IMG/VR virus record: IMGVR_UViG_3300043418_000114
Coordinates: 124,001-188,000 of that record
Length of the DNA stretch: 64,000 nucleotides
Direction: 5' to 3' (one strand)
In this document: piece by piece, positions 18,073-27,559 of the stretch
Layout: every line of letters starts with the position of its first letter
How positions within the stretch are numbered: position 1 is the stretch's first letter
Program-made: the position numbers and the translations under genes
The notes under the pieces: generated by a model
What the model was told of the DNA's origin: nothing
Databases searched by the model: none
The model's input: the letters and a program-made list of their open reading frames with translations, nothing else

Positions 18073-19073
18073 TGAAATACGCATTGATCGATACCGCAAA
18101 TACATTCTTCCGTGCCCGACACGTAGCGGCACGTGGTGCTGACACATGGGAAAAAGTTGGCATGGCAATTCACTTGACGATGGCCAGCGTCAATCAAATG
18201 GTACGCAAGTTTGGCATTGACCACGTTGTGTTCTGCTTAGAGGGTCGTAGCTGGCGCAAAGATGTTTATCCTCCATATAAGAAGAATCGTGTCGTTGATG
18301 AACAATCGACTACCGAAGCTGAGAAGGAAGAAAACGAAATGTTTTGGGAAACGTATGATGCGTTTACCACCTATCTCCGTGAGAAAACCAATTGCTCAGT
18401 GTTGCGTCAAGGTGAAGCAGAAGCGGATGATCTGATTGCCCGTTTCATTGCACTGCATCCAGATGATGAACACTTTATTATCAGTACAGATACGGACTAC
18501 GTACAACTGATTACACCAAAAGTCAAACAGTACAATGGCGTTACTGGTCAGTTGATCACACTCGAAGGCTACTTTGATGACAAAGATCGTCCTGTCAAAG
18601 ACAAAGTTACCAAAGAACCTAAACTATTGGGCGATCCACAATACTTGTTGTTCCTCAAGTGTATGCGCGGAGACACATCCGATAACGTATTCTCTGCATA
18701 TCCTGGGGTGCGTGAGAAAGGTTCTAGTAAGAAAGCTGGCATTATGGAAGCATATGCTGACAAAGACAAGCAAGGCTTTACCTGGAACAACATGATGCTC
18801 CAGCGTTGGGTCGATCACAATGGTGTTGAACACAAGGTTATCGACGACTATAAGCGTAACGTTATCTTGATTGACTTGACTGCACAACCTCAAGAAATTA
18901 AAGACAAGGTTGATCTTGAAATTATTCGAGGTGTTCGCACCGAGACTGTGCCTCAAGTTGGCATTCATCTGATGAAATTCTGTGGTAAATATGAACTTAA
19001 TAAAATCTCTGAAAATGTTGAAACTTATAGTAAGTGGCTTAATTCACCGTATAAAGGGATCCTACATGAGTGA
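18072..19073 (+). CDS. rnh: 5'-3' exonuclease / T4 RNase H-like (FEN family)
   Basis: LIDTAN, EADDLIA, STDTDYVQL, MRGDTSDNV. Confidence 0.88.
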   Translation: MKYALIDTANTFFRARHVAARGADTWEKVGMAIHLTMASVNQMVRKFGIDHVVFCLEGRSWRKDVYPPYKKNRVVDEQSTTEAEKEENEMFWETYDAFTTYLREKTNCSVLRQGEAEADDLIARFIALHPDDEHFIISTDTDYVQLITPKVKQYNGVTGQLITLEGYFDDKDRPVKDKVTKEPKLLGDPQYLLFLKCMRGDTSDNVFSAYPGVREKGSSKKAGIMEAYADKDKQGFTWNNMMLQRWVDHNGVEHKVIDDYKRNVILIDLTAQPQEIKDKVDLEIIRGVRTETVPQVGIHLMKFCGKYELNKISENVETYSKWLNSPYKGILHE

Positions 19074-19302
19074 TTTACTTGAAAAACAACTGTACATGGG
19101 CATCGTTGCTATACTGAAGGATGACAAAATATACTATCAGTCTAGTATTGGTAAGAAGGGCGAATACAATCACTTTAAAGAAGGTGGTCAGGAAGCTCTA
19201 CTAACCTATCTTGATTACATGGCTCCACTCATTATGAAGAATGAGCGTGATAAAGTTGACAAACGTGCCAAAGAAATGATGTGGGAAGAGTTGAAAAAAT
19301 GA
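19066..19302 (+). CDS. Hypothetical protein
   Basis: MSDLLEKQ... coupled ORF. Confidence 0.55.
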   Translation: MSDLLEKQLYMGIVAILKDDKIYYQSSIGKKGEYNHFKEGGQEALLTYLDYMAPLIMKNERDKVDKRAKEMMWEELKK

Positions 19303-19526
19303 CATTCACCCAACCTGAAAATCGTTTTAGAGAAATTCGTCCAGGCGATGATCACTTTATGATGACTGATGGTATCAAGCTGGTACCACGTGCTAGTCTC
19401 GAATTTAGTAGCGACTGTCCAAAAAAATATATTGACATTATTGCACGTTGTTACGAGAATGGATGGATCAAAACTGTTGCACATGTAAAGACAAAAGAAC
19501 TTTTCTGGGAAGTACTAGAACAATGA
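19299..19526 (+). CDS. Hypothetical protein
   Basis: ATGA-coupled. Confidence 0.55.
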   Translation: MTFTQPENRFREIRPGDDHFMMTDGIKLVPRASLEFSSDCPKKYIDIIARCYENGWIKTVAHVKTKELFWEVLEQ

Positions 19527-19669
19527 CACTCATTTTAGATGACTACAATCAAGTCTACGTATGGGTCGACGACAATGATCACGAACATGAACTAAGCCCA
19601 CGCTTTGATTATGAAGAAGATGCGAATCAGTGGTTTGAGCGCATCAAGCAAGAAGTGGTTGACAAATAA
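19523..19669 (+). CDS. Small acidic hypothetical protein
   Basis: ATGA-coupled, 48 aa. Confidence 0.5.
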   Translation: MTLILDDYNQVYVWVDDNDHEHELSPRFDYEEDANQWFERIKQEVVDK

Positions 19670-19687
19670 TCAGACCAGTGATACATT
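19659..19687 (+). promoter_or_regulatory. sigma70-type early promoter
   Basis: TTGACA-N17-TACATT. Confidence 0.55.
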
Positions 19688-19726
19688 AAAGTTTCTCGTT
19701 AATTAAACATTCTTTGAAAGGTATAT

Positions 19727-20053
19727 ATGTTTAAAGGTATTTTGGCAGGTGTTGGTGCGTTAGTTATTTTTCTAGCGTTTGTGTTTGGCATGAATCTTTT
19801 TGGTCTTGCTAGTTATAGTTTCTTTGCTCCGAAATACCGTGCAGTAGAGAATCAAGTGTTCAAAGAATCAGAACAGTATAATGACGGCATGATTCGTGAC
19901 TTGGAAAACTTGCAACTTGAATACATCAAAGCCGATGACGCAGGCAAACAAAGTCTCCGTGCTATCGTATTGCATCGTTTCTCTGTCTACCCAGTAGAAA
20001 AGATGCCACCAAATCTCCGTAACTTCTACGAACAACTGAAGGCAGGTAAGTAA
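19727..20053 (+). CDS. Membrane-anchored protein (N-terminal TM, helical soluble domain)
   Basis: Hydrophobic residues 4-32 followed by a charged helical region. Confidence 0.7.
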   Translation: MFKGILAGVGALVIFLAFVFGMNLFGLASYSFFAPKYRAVENQVFKESEQYNDGMIRDLENLQLEYIKADDAGKQSLRAIVLHRFSVYPVEKMPPNLRNFYEQLKAGK

Positions 20054-20055
20054 TC

Positions 20056-20538
20056 ATGAAAAAAATTCTCGCATTTATCGTTGTTGCATTCGCATTGACC
20101 GCATGTGACCAAGCTCCTACTAGCACTCAAATCGAGCGCCGAAAGCAAGAAGAAATGTCTATGCAGGCAGTGACTCAAGTTGGCATGCCAGCTATCACGA
20201 ACTTCGCTGAAAAGCGCATGATGAAGGACATTATGGAGTTGCGTGACCAGAACGTGGCTACTACTGTCTACATCACGGACATGAACGGCAAGTTGCACAA
20301 GGTCTGTAATGCAGTTGGATATGGCTTGCCGTATGCAACACAGTACACCAACCCAAGTCGTGTAGTTTACGACAGTGGTCACGGCAATGCAGTCATTCCA
20401 CAAGCTGATCCTAATGGTCTGTACAGCCCTGCAAGTGCAGATGGCACTTGGGTCTTGTGTGTTGCCAAAGATGGTAAAGCAAAGCCAGTGTTCATTGAGC
20501 CTCGTGTAATTGTTTCACCAATCCCTCTGGGAGAATAA
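20056..20538 (+). CDS. Lipoprotein, paralog 1
   Basis: Lipobox ALTA-C; VGMPAITNF.EKRMMKD; GYGLPYATQYT; ADPNGLY; SADGTWVLC. Confidence 0.75.
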   Translation: MKKILAFIVVAFALTACDQAPTSTQIERRKQEEMSMQAVTQVGMPAITNFAEKRMMKDIMELRDQNVATTVYITDMNGKLHKVCNAVGYGLPYATQYTNPSRVVYDSGHGNAVIPQADPNGLYSPASADGTWVLCVAKDGKAKPVFIEPRVIVSPIPLGE

Positions 20539-20539
20539 T

Positions 20540-20995
20540 ATGAAAAAGATTCTGCTTGCAGTGGCAGTACTTGCGGCAACCATGCTTACAGCATGTGGCC
20601 CGCAAACAGATACTCGTTCTAGTTGGCAAATTGAGCGTGACACGCAAGAACGTACTCTCAAGCAAATTGCACAGAGTGTTGGCATGCCAGCTATCACTAA
20701 CTTCTCCGAGAAGCGAATGATGAAAGATGTACTGGAGTTGCGTGACAAGATGAAGCCAACATACACATACTTGGTTGGAATGAACAACCAACTAACTTTG
20801 CTTTGCAACAGTCTTGGCTATGGCTTGCCCTATGCCACACAATACACTGATCCGAAGCTAGCTGATCCTAACGGACTGTATACTCCATCAAGCGCAGATG
20901 GTACGTGGGTGCTTTGTTTGAATCCCAAAACAAAACAAGCTGAACCACAGTACGTTGAGCCTCGTGTTATTGTGTCAACTTATCCTCTTAACTAA
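20540..20995 (+). CDS. Lipoprotein, paralog 2
   Basis: Lipobox MLTA-C; same conserved blocks as paralog 1. Confidence 0.75.
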   Translation: MKKILLAVAVLAATMLTACGPQTDTRSSWQIERDTQERTLKQIAQSVGMPAITNFSEKRMMKDVLELRDKMKPTYTYLVGMNNQLTLLCNSLGYGLPYATQYTDPKLADPNGLYTPSSADGTWVLCLNPKTKQAEPQYVEPRVIVSTYPLN

Positions 20996-21012
20996 TCCTC
21001 AAAGGAAATAAA

Positions 21013-21909
21013 ATGTTTTTAATCTCTATCGCCCTGTTGGTAGCAATCGTTGCTTCCATCGCACTGTATTTCGTTTCCCTCGTAAATCATGATCGAAACT
21101 CAAATCAACATGTAACGACATATCCCTTGCGTAAGTTGGCAATGTTGCCTTACTTGCTAGTTGTAGCTGTCATTGCGTTTGAATCATTCACTATTGTGCC
21201 ACCTGGTCACGTTGGTGTGCAAGTCACTCTAGGTAAAACAAACTTAGATAACGTATTGCCTGAAGGTGTTACCTTTGTTAACCCTATTTCTAGTGTTCGT
21301 AATGTGAACGTACAGTTGCAACGTGCAGAACTTGAGAATCAGAACGCAGGCACTACAGATATGCAACAAGTTCACACTGATATTGTGGTTAACTATCGAC
21401 TAACTGCTAATATGGTCCCGACTATCTATAAAGAGTTTGGTTTGAATGTAGCAGACAAAGTTCTTGGTCCAGCTATCAGCGAAGCATTTAAGACTGTAAC
21501 TGGTCAGTACACAAGCCAAGAATTGATTTCAAAGCGTGAAGAAGTTTCCGCTAAGATTCTTGAACGTTTGGCACATAAAGTTGCACCATTCGATATCACA
21601 GTCAGTAACATCAGTTTGGTGAACTTTGGCTTCTCTAAAATCTATCAAGATTCTATTGATGCTAAGATGGTTGCCACGCAAACTAAGTTGAAAGCTGAAC
21701 AGGATTTGCAACGCATTGAAATTGAAGCTAAGTCACGTATCGCACAAGCTGAAGGTGAAGCTAAAGCTATCTCGATTCAAGCACAAGCTATTCAAAGTAA
21801 CGGTGGCGCTCAGTACGTACAGTTGCAATGGATTGAAAAGTGGAATGGTGCTCTCCCAAGTACTGTAGTAGGTGCAGACAGTAAAACACTGATGAACATT
21901 GGCAAGTAA
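21013..21909 (+). CDS. SPFH/band-7 (prohibitin-like) membrane protein
   Basis: TIVPPGHVGV, EGVTFVNP, VNYRL, ELISKREEV, QAEGEAKA, WIEKWNGALP. Confidence 0.9.
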   Translation: MFLISIALLVAIVASIALYFVSLVNHDRNSNQHVTTYPLRKLAMLPYLLVVAVIAFESFTIVPPGHVGVQVTLGKTNLDNVLPEGVTFVNPISSVRNVNVQLQRAELENQNAGTTDMQQVHTDIVVNYRLTANMVPTIYKEFGLNVADKVLGPAISEAFKTVTGQYTSQELISKREEVSAKILERLAHKVAPFDITVSNISLVNFGFSKIYQDSIDAKMVATQTKLKAEQDLQRIEIEAKSRIAQAEGEAKAISIQAQAIQSNGGAQYVQLQWIEKWNGALPSTVVGADSKTLMNIGK

Positions 21910-21912
21910 TCT

Positions 21913-21951
21913 AAGAAAGCGGTTGACACGACGACCGCTTTCTTGTATACT
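21913..21951 (+). promoter_or_regulatory. 11-bp inverted repeat (possible terminator) enclosing the -35 box of a sigma70 promoter
   Basis: AAGAAAGCGGT-TGACACGACG-ACCGCTTTCTT; TTGACA(21923)-N17-TATACT(21946). Confidence 0.65.
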
Positions 21952-21981
21952 CAATCATCTTTTAACACACAGGAGTTTTCC

Positions 21982-23160
21982 ATGAAAAAGTTTATCGCAA
22001 TTCTCGTACTCGGTCTGGCAAGTATGTCAGCCTTTGCAGAAGCATCATTCGAACAGATCGAAGGTCTGATTCAACAAAAGAATTATGCCGCCGCGGCATC
22101 AGGTCTTGAAGGTATCATTCAAAACCATCCAAAATCAGCCAAAGCATTCTATGCAATGGCACAAGCTCAAGCTGGTCTCGGTAATCTTGAGAAGGCAAAC
22201 AAAGCACTCACTATTGCAACTGGGTTGAATCCTGCTCTTGACTTTGCTCCTGAAGGCTCAGTGCAAAAGCTCAAGCAAGCAATTACTCCTCAAGTAGCAA
22301 AGATTGAGGCAGTCGAGGAATCTCATGTGTATCGTAATATGCTGATTCTCTTGGGTCTAGGTGTGATTGGCTTCTCTATCTGGTTCGCTTATGGCCAGAT
22401 CAAGATTCAACGTGAAGAAGACGCTGAACGTCAAGCACGAGAGCAAGCAGATGCCGCAAAGCGTGAACAAGCCAGAGCAGAGCGTGACGCACGTTGGGAA
22501 AAAGAACGTGCTGAACTTGCTACTAAGATGGCCGCCGAACGTGCCGCAATTGAAGCAGAAGAAGCGGCATTGAAAGCACACAAGAACTATGGTCATGAAC
22601 GTTTCGACCCAGCTAATCCTGACAAGTTGAAATCAGTGAAGCAGTTCAAGGAAGAAAAACTTGCAGAAGAAATGGTAGCAAAAGCTCGTGCAGAGGCGGC
22701 AGAAGCCAAAGCTCGTGCAGAACGTGCGGAACTTGATGCGCGACTCGCCCGAAGCAATGCATCATCTGGCCCAGCATATGCTCAACCAACTCATACTACT
22801 GTTGTCAATAACTCCGGCAACGACATGTTGACTGGTATCATGATTGGCAACATGATGGGTGGTTCACATCACCATGACCATGACACCACAATCATTCGTG
22901 AGCGTGAAGTAGTTCGTGAAACTCCTCGTAGCACTCGTGATAGTTCGTGGGACGATACTCCTACTCCTAGCATTAGCACAAGTCGTAGCTCTAGCTGGGA
23001 TGACGCTCCAAGTTCTAGCTCGTCACGTTCTAGCTCTTGGGATGATGACAGTTCTAGTCGTAGTTCTAGCTCTAGTTCTTGGTCTAGCTCAAGCTCCAGT
23101 GATTCTAGCTCTAGCTGGTCTAGCAGTGACAGTTCTTCTAGCTCTAGTTCTTGGGATTAA
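21982..23160 (+). CDS. Exported TPR-domain membrane protein with coiled coil and Ser-rich tail
   Basis: Signal peptide, TPR-like helices (HPKSAKAFYAMAQA), second TM, Ala/Glu/Arg coiled coil, SSW(D) repeats. Confidence 0.7.
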   Translation: MKKFIAILVLGLASMSAFAEASFEQIEGLIQQKNYAAAASGLEGIIQNHPKSAKAFYAMAQAQAGLGNLEKANKALTIATGLNPALDFAPEGSVQKLKQAITPQVAKIEAVEESHVYRNMLILLGLGVIGFSIWFAYGQIKIQREEDAERQAREQADAAKREQARAERDARWEKERAELATKMAAERAAIEAEEAALKAHKNYGHERFDPANPDKLKSVKQFKEEKLAEEMVAKARAEAAEAKARAERAELDARLARSNASSGPAYAQPTHTTVVNNSGNDMLTGIMIGNMMGGSHHHDHDTTIIREREVVRETPRSTRDSSWDDTPTPSISTSRSSSWDDAPSSSSSRSSSWDDDSSSRSSSSSSWSSSSSSDSSSSWSSSDSSSSSSSWD

Positions 23161-23174
23161 TTTAAGGAAAAATC

Positions 23175-23675
23175 ATGATTGATTATTTGGCTATTTTCTT
23201 TGCAACATACTTTCTGACTTGGCCTGCACTGGTCGCATTGTGTGTATTTGGTATCTGGGCAGAACACGTTGAAGCTCGTGGCTTTGCAGTGTTCTGGGCA
23301 TTGGTAGCAGGTGTTTCGGCATTCTTCTACTTCAATGTTTCACTTGAATCTATTGCTATCAGTTCAATCGGTTATGTATGTTTTGGTATCGTATGGAGTT
23401 TCTATCGATACAAGCGATTCATTACTGCTAAAGTAGATTCAATCACTGAAATGAACTATCGCATTGAGCGACTTGAACAGTATCATCCAAGCAAGATGCT
23501 TGACACTATCACAGCATGGATCATTATCTGGCCATTTAGCTTGATTGAAAACTTGTGTGGTGATATCATTAACGGCATCGAGAATCTTGTGAAGACTGTT
23601 TTCAAGGGTGTCTACAATCGAATCTACAATGCCGCTATGGCAGACTTGATTCGCAAAGATGAAGGTGTACGATGA
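23175..23675 (+). CDS. Multi-pass membrane protein
   Basis: 3-4 hydrophobic segments. Confidence 0.65.
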   Translation: MIDYLAIFFATYFLTWPALVALCVFGIWAEHVEARGFAVFWALVAGVSAFFYFNVSLESIAISSIGYVCFGIVWSFYRYKRFITAKVDSITEMNYRIERLEQYHPSKMLDTITAWIIIWPFSLIENLCGDIINGIENLVKTVFKGVYNRIYNAAMADLIRKDEGVR

Positions 23676-23778
23676 TTGTTCTAGTTGAACTTTTGATGGC
23701 AGTTGGCATTGTTGCAATCGCTGGCTCACTGTTATACAGTGGCTATCGATTGGGCAAGTCTGACAAGGATGAAGAAAA

Positions 23779-24069
23779 ATGAACTTCTTGGAATGGATGG
23801 GATGGAAGAAAATGAATGACGATAATGTTGTAAAGTTTCCGTCTGTAGCACCAGTTGCACCTCCAATGCCGAGAGTCGAACCACCTAAAACAGTGAACAG
23901 AGAACACTATCGCATTGGTTATGATTATGAACGTGAAATGGCAACGTTGACATTGTTGGATAATTATAATCAAGCAGTTACCACATTGAGCATGAATCGT
24001 ACTGCCGCGGAACAGATGATTCGCATGTTACGTGCGGCATTCCCAGTTAAAGGAGAAAATGATGATTGA
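23779..24069 (+). CDS. Hypothetical protein
   Basis: 96 aa; DNVVKFP...Pro-rich. Confidence 0.55.
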   Translation: MNFLEWMGWKKMNDDNVVKFPSVAPVAPPMPRVEPPKTVNREHYRIGYDYEREMATLTLLDNYNQAVTTLSMNRTAAEQMIRMLRAAFPVKGENDD

Positions 24070-24427
24070 TGCAGTATTACTTTTATTGTTCTTGCTTTTT
24101 GTTAAGCACTGGTACATTGATTTTGTCAATCAAAACAATGTCGAAGTAGCAAGCAAAGGCATCTATGGTGACTTTCATGGCATAATGCACAGTACAAAGC
24201 AAGGCATAGGTACAGTCTTGTGCGTCTTGTTTGTGACTGGACCAGCATATCTGTTTTATGCACTTGTGTTGGGATTACTTGATTTCGTAATTCACTATCA
24301 CGTTGACTGGATCAAAATGAACTATGGCAATCGTGACATTCGCACTCCAGCATTCTGGAATCACTTAGGGCTAGATCAACTAGCACACTACACAACTTAT
24401 CTCGTTATCGCAAGGATGATCGTATGA
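24059..24427 (+). CDS. DUF3307-like membrane protein
   Basis: KHWYIDFVNQ, HYHVDW, GLDQLAH His-rich TM pattern. Confidence 0.7.
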   Translation: MMIDAVLLLLFLLFVKHWYIDFVNQNNVEVASKGIYGDFHGIMHSTKQGIGTVLCVLFVTGPAYLFYALVLGLLDFVIHYHVDWIKMNYGNRDIRTPAFWNHLGLDQLAHYTTYLVIARMIV

Positions 24428-24599
24428 ACGACTTTATGAGCAAATTTCGCCGTTGGTATCTAACATATTGGACTGAGATTACTTGGTTCATTATTGGTTG
24501 GCTAGCCATGGCATTGCTAGAGGCCATTGGCCGTCAGCAATGGACTACCGCATTGATCGATGCAGGTCTTATCTATATCAACTACGCAATGGCAAGACG

Positions 24600-24932
24600 A
24601 TGAAAAAGCCTGTTAAAAATCTACCTAACATGTTTCGTCCGAGTTCAAGTTCGAATAAAATCAATGTTATGAAGATGCGTTTAAAGTATGGGCGCACTGA
24701 CAACTACAACTGGCGCTCCAGGGTTGAGTGGTATCCAGTCGGGTTCAAGCTCAATCACAGAACCATCTTTAAACAATTTGGCAGACTTCACGGCCTAGCA
24801 TGTCACTCACCTGAGCCAATTGAAAAGCGTTGGCAAAACGCATACAATGCGTTTCAAGCAAAGCATTTTGGTGCATTCAAGGGCGCGAGTATGCGATATT
24901 TGAATAAGTGGTCGTGTCATAGTTGGCTATGA
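24600..24932 (+). CDS. Hypothetical basic protein
   Basis: Start at ATG 24600. Confidence 0.5.
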   Translation: MKKPVKNLPNMFRPSSSSNKINVMKMRLKYGRTDNYNWRSRVEWYPVGFKLNHRTIFKQFGRLHGLACHSPEPIEKRWQNAYNAFQAKHFGAFKGASMRYLNKWSCHSWL

Positions 24933-25144
24933 ATATTGAACATGAAAACACTGCCAGAGCGTTAAGAGACCAGCCATTGTTTGCAACAAGACAGTGGCGG
25001 TGTCGCTTTGGCATACACACATGGTTAATGTGGGGTAAGCCTGCCGCTAATAGGCGTGGTGCCTACGTGATGGTTGAGCAGTTCCGCACATGTGGATGTT
25101 GTGGACAAGCTGACAGAAAAGTATTATCTAAGGAGATAGGATAA
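24929..25144 (+). CDS. Small Cys-containing hypothetical protein
   Basis: WRCRFGIHTW...CGCCG. Confidence 0.5.
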   Translation: MNIEHENTARALRDQPLFATRQWRCRFGIHTWLMWGKPAANRRGAYVMVEQFRTCGCCGQADRKVLSKEIG

Positions 25145-25482
25145 TGTCCAATCTAGCAGAATATTTCGCAAAAAATAGATATCAAGCTAAATATAGTCTC
25201 GGCGATAGGATCATCGGTAAATGGAACAAGATACCCTTCGTCGGCACTGTCGGCAACGACACTTTAATTAGTGAGATAGAAGGTCCTAGAATCTCTGTTC
25301 ATCTTGATTTGCCAATTAAGTATGAAGATAAAGTGTTTAACTTTATAATCGTTAAGCACAAAGACGTTAAGAGATTACCGTTAATTGAAATAGAGGAAAC
25401 AAATGACAAAAGCACTAATCGCAAAGCCAGTAGTAAAGAACCAGTTCTGGATAGTGACAGACGGAAACGAAAAAGTAGGTAA
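25144..25482 (+). CDS. Hypothetical protein (SH3-like beta pattern)
   Basis: KYSLGDRIIGKWNKIPFVGTV. Confidence 0.5.
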   Translation: MSNLAEYFAKNRYQAKYSLGDRIIGKWNKIPFVGTVGNDTLISEIEGPRISVHLDLPIKYEDKVFNFIIVKHKDVKRLPLIEIEETNDKSTNRKASSKEPVLDSDRRKRKSR

Positions 25483-25864
25483 TGTAATTGCCGATGGCTC
25501 TGGGTTCGAAGTAAAGCTAAACGGAGGTATTGCTCACTTTAAGAATACCAATGCTATTACAAAGCAAACTCATATCGAATTTGAGCGCAATGTCAATGCT
25601 AAAGTAAAACAAGAAATTCCATTCAACGAGTTTCCTACTACCACTAAAGTATACAACAGTATGCTTGACATTAAGCGCAAACTCCATCTTTTTACTAAGA
25701 CTAGTAATAGTAAATGCTACTATGCGGCAGGTTGGTTCACGTTGACTCAATGTAACGAAACTACAGTGGAATTCTGTCCAAAGTATATTTTTATTCAGAG
25801 ATATGCATACCAAGGGCCATTTAAAACTAAAGAAGAAGCAGAGAATGCGCTAAATATACGATGA
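25403..25864 (+). CDS. Hypothetical protein
   Basis: 153 aa with GAGG RBS. Confidence 0.65.
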   Translation: MTKALIAKPVVKNQFWIVTDGNEKVGNVIADGSGFEVKLNGGIAHFKNTNAITKQTHIEFERNVNAKVKQEIPFNEFPTTTKVYNSMLDIKRKLHLFTKTSNSKCYYAAGWFTLTQCNETTVEFCPKYIFIQRYAYQGPFKTKEEAENALNIR

Positions 25865-26058
25865 TTCACATTAAACGATTCATTGATAAAGTATCATATA
25901 CTGAGTCCAAACAGAGCAAAGATTTGATTCTGCCAATGGCAGACGCACGTGGTTTACGTGACGAGTTAGCTAAACTATTAGCTGACTTACACAACACCAA
26001 TGAGTCACCGTCCAAAGAAGAGCCAATTGAAGTACAGATTGTAGGAGGCAAGTTCTAA
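25861..26058 (+). CDS. Hypothetical protein
   Basis: Coupled 65 aa ORF. Confidence 0.6.
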   Translation: MIHIKRFIDKVSYTESKQSKDLILPMADARGLRDELAKLLADLHNTNESPSKEEPIEVQIVGGKF

Positions 26059-26354
26059 TGAGCCGCACTCAACCTAAAGTCTTACTTGAATTGGTTGATA
26101 AGACCACATACAAATGTGATCAAATCGTCGAGGCCTCTGGTATTTGGGCTGTATTCTATGATGGGCAACCTATCAATTTAAAGTCTCAGCATTATCTTGA
26201 CAGCGAAGCGACACCAAAGTACAAGAAAACTAGTTTTAGTAATCCAGGTCACGCACGTAACCTATGCAGAAAGCTAAACAAGCAATTCAAAACTGACAAA
26301 TTTACTGTCGTGTTTATGAATAACGGTACAGTCGTGTACCCAGATGCACCCTAA
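26058..26354 (+). CDS. Hypothetical protein
   Basis: MSRTQPKVLLE...KYKKTSFSNPGHA. Confidence 0.65.
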   Translation: MSRTQPKVLLELVDKTTYKCDQIVEASGIWAVFYDGQPINLKSQHYLDSEATPKYKKTSFSNPGHARNLCRKLNKQFKTDKFTVVFMNNGTVVYPDAP

Positions 26355-26745
26355 CACTCACAAGTACAAAATCACGGAAGCTGTTCGCAAGCAACTTCCT
26401 AGTGATGACACCCCCATAGAAATCATCATCAAGGATTGGTGGTTTACTAAATCCAGTGAGAATCTTAGATTAACTGCGTATGGAGACCAGGCACTTCGAC
26501 ACGCTGAGATAGAGTACTTTGATGTGCCGATAAACATAACACAGGACAGGTGGTACGCATTCATTGTTGATTGTGGTAAAAAATTAAAGTGCCCATTTTA
26601 CATTGGCACTAATAAGAAACACTCAAGATTAGACGGCACCACTGGTGGACCATTCATCAGACTCTATGACAGCAAGATTGCCATGATGCTGACTCTTTAC
26701 GGTGACATTTATGGCTACCTCGACTCAATTAAAGTAAGAAAATAG
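26344..26745 (+). CDS. Hypothetical protein
   Basis: 133 aa ORF in operon. Confidence 0.55.
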   Translation: MHPNTHKYKITEAVRKQLPSDDTPIEIIIKDWWFTKSSENLRLTAYGDQALRHAEIEYFDVPINITQDRWYAFIVDCGKKLKCPFYIGTNKKHSRLDGTTGGPFIRLYDSKIAMMLTLYGDIYGYLDSIKVRK

Positions 26746-26805
26746 TCAACTGAATCCGTGGTTGAAGCGTTAAATATATGTACTTGTTTTTATAAGGAGA
26801 TAACC

Positions 26806-26991
26806 ATGAAACAATTATTCGCAATCGTATTAGCACTATTCGCATTCTCAACATTTGCCGCTGAGCCAGCAGTTGCCCCAGCAGGTGCACCAAAGCAAGA
26901 AATGAAGTTGGCCAAGAAGAAAGATCACTCAAAGGACAAGAAGGTGGACGCCACCAAAAGTCCCCAGAAAAGTAAAGCTGTTAAGAAGTAA
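26806..26991 (+). CDS. Small exported Lys/Ala-rich protein
   Basis: Signal peptide MKQLFAIVLALFAFSTFA then a basic low-complexity tail; AGGAG RBS. Confidence 0.65.
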   Translation: MKQLFAIVLALFAFSTFAAEPAVAPAGAPKQEMKLAKKKDHSKDKKVDATKSPQKSKAVKK

Positions 26992-27263
26992 TCCACATCA
27001 TAAATCAGTTCTCGTTATCGACGATGAAGATGACGAGATTGATGACGATGGACTAGCTACATTCTATCGTAGACCTAGACTGGTGAAGTATAACCCAGAT
27101 GAAGATTTGGAAGATTTGCCAGAACACATCACGCTTAGGCTAGCAGAGATTAGAGAGAAAGCTCTACAAAAATATCGTGATCAATGCTATAATACAGCAT
27201 AAATAAAGTAGTTAGAGTTCTACTTAAAAACTCAACTTAAACACACTTACACAGGAGAAAATT

Positions 27264-27557
27264 ATGTTTAATACATTCGCATTTCAAGGCGTGGACGCCA
27301 TTCAATCAGCCAAGAAACAATTCGTTTCTACATTCGTTCAAAACGAACAAATCAAAGAAGCTCTTAACGGTTTCATTGATGCTCAAGCATCATACACCAA
27401 AGAAGCTATCACTGCAGGTTCTGTAGCTGTTACTAAGGTAACTGAAACCTTCACTGACCGCACTCCATACGTTGAAGCAACTAAGAAAGTTTCTGACTTC
27501 TTAGCTCCATTCTTCCCAACAGCGGCATGTGCTACTCCAGCTAAGAAGGCTAAGTAA
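27264..27557 (+). CDS. Phasin-like protein
   Basis: 97 aa amphipathic Ala-rich helices (VDAIQSAKKQFVSTFV...FIDAQASYTKEA); ATAAATA at 27199; assignment by recalled resemblance only. Confidence 0.45.
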   Translation: MFNTFAFQGVDAIQSAKKQFVSTFVQNEQIKEALNGFIDAQASYTKEAITAGSVAVTKVTETFTDRTPYVEATKKVSDFLAPFFPTAACATPAKKAK

Positions 27558-27559
27558 TC

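Noticed and set aside
19727-20995. Two-component spanin (TM protein plus lipoprotein)
   Set aside because: The architecture fits superficially, but the unit follows an early-type promoter, the lipoproteins are ~150-aa globular duplicates, and no lysis genes are adjacent
22940-23160. TCTAGC/AGTTCT repeats as a non-coding repeat element
   Set aside because: Fully explained by the Ser-rich tail of the ORF
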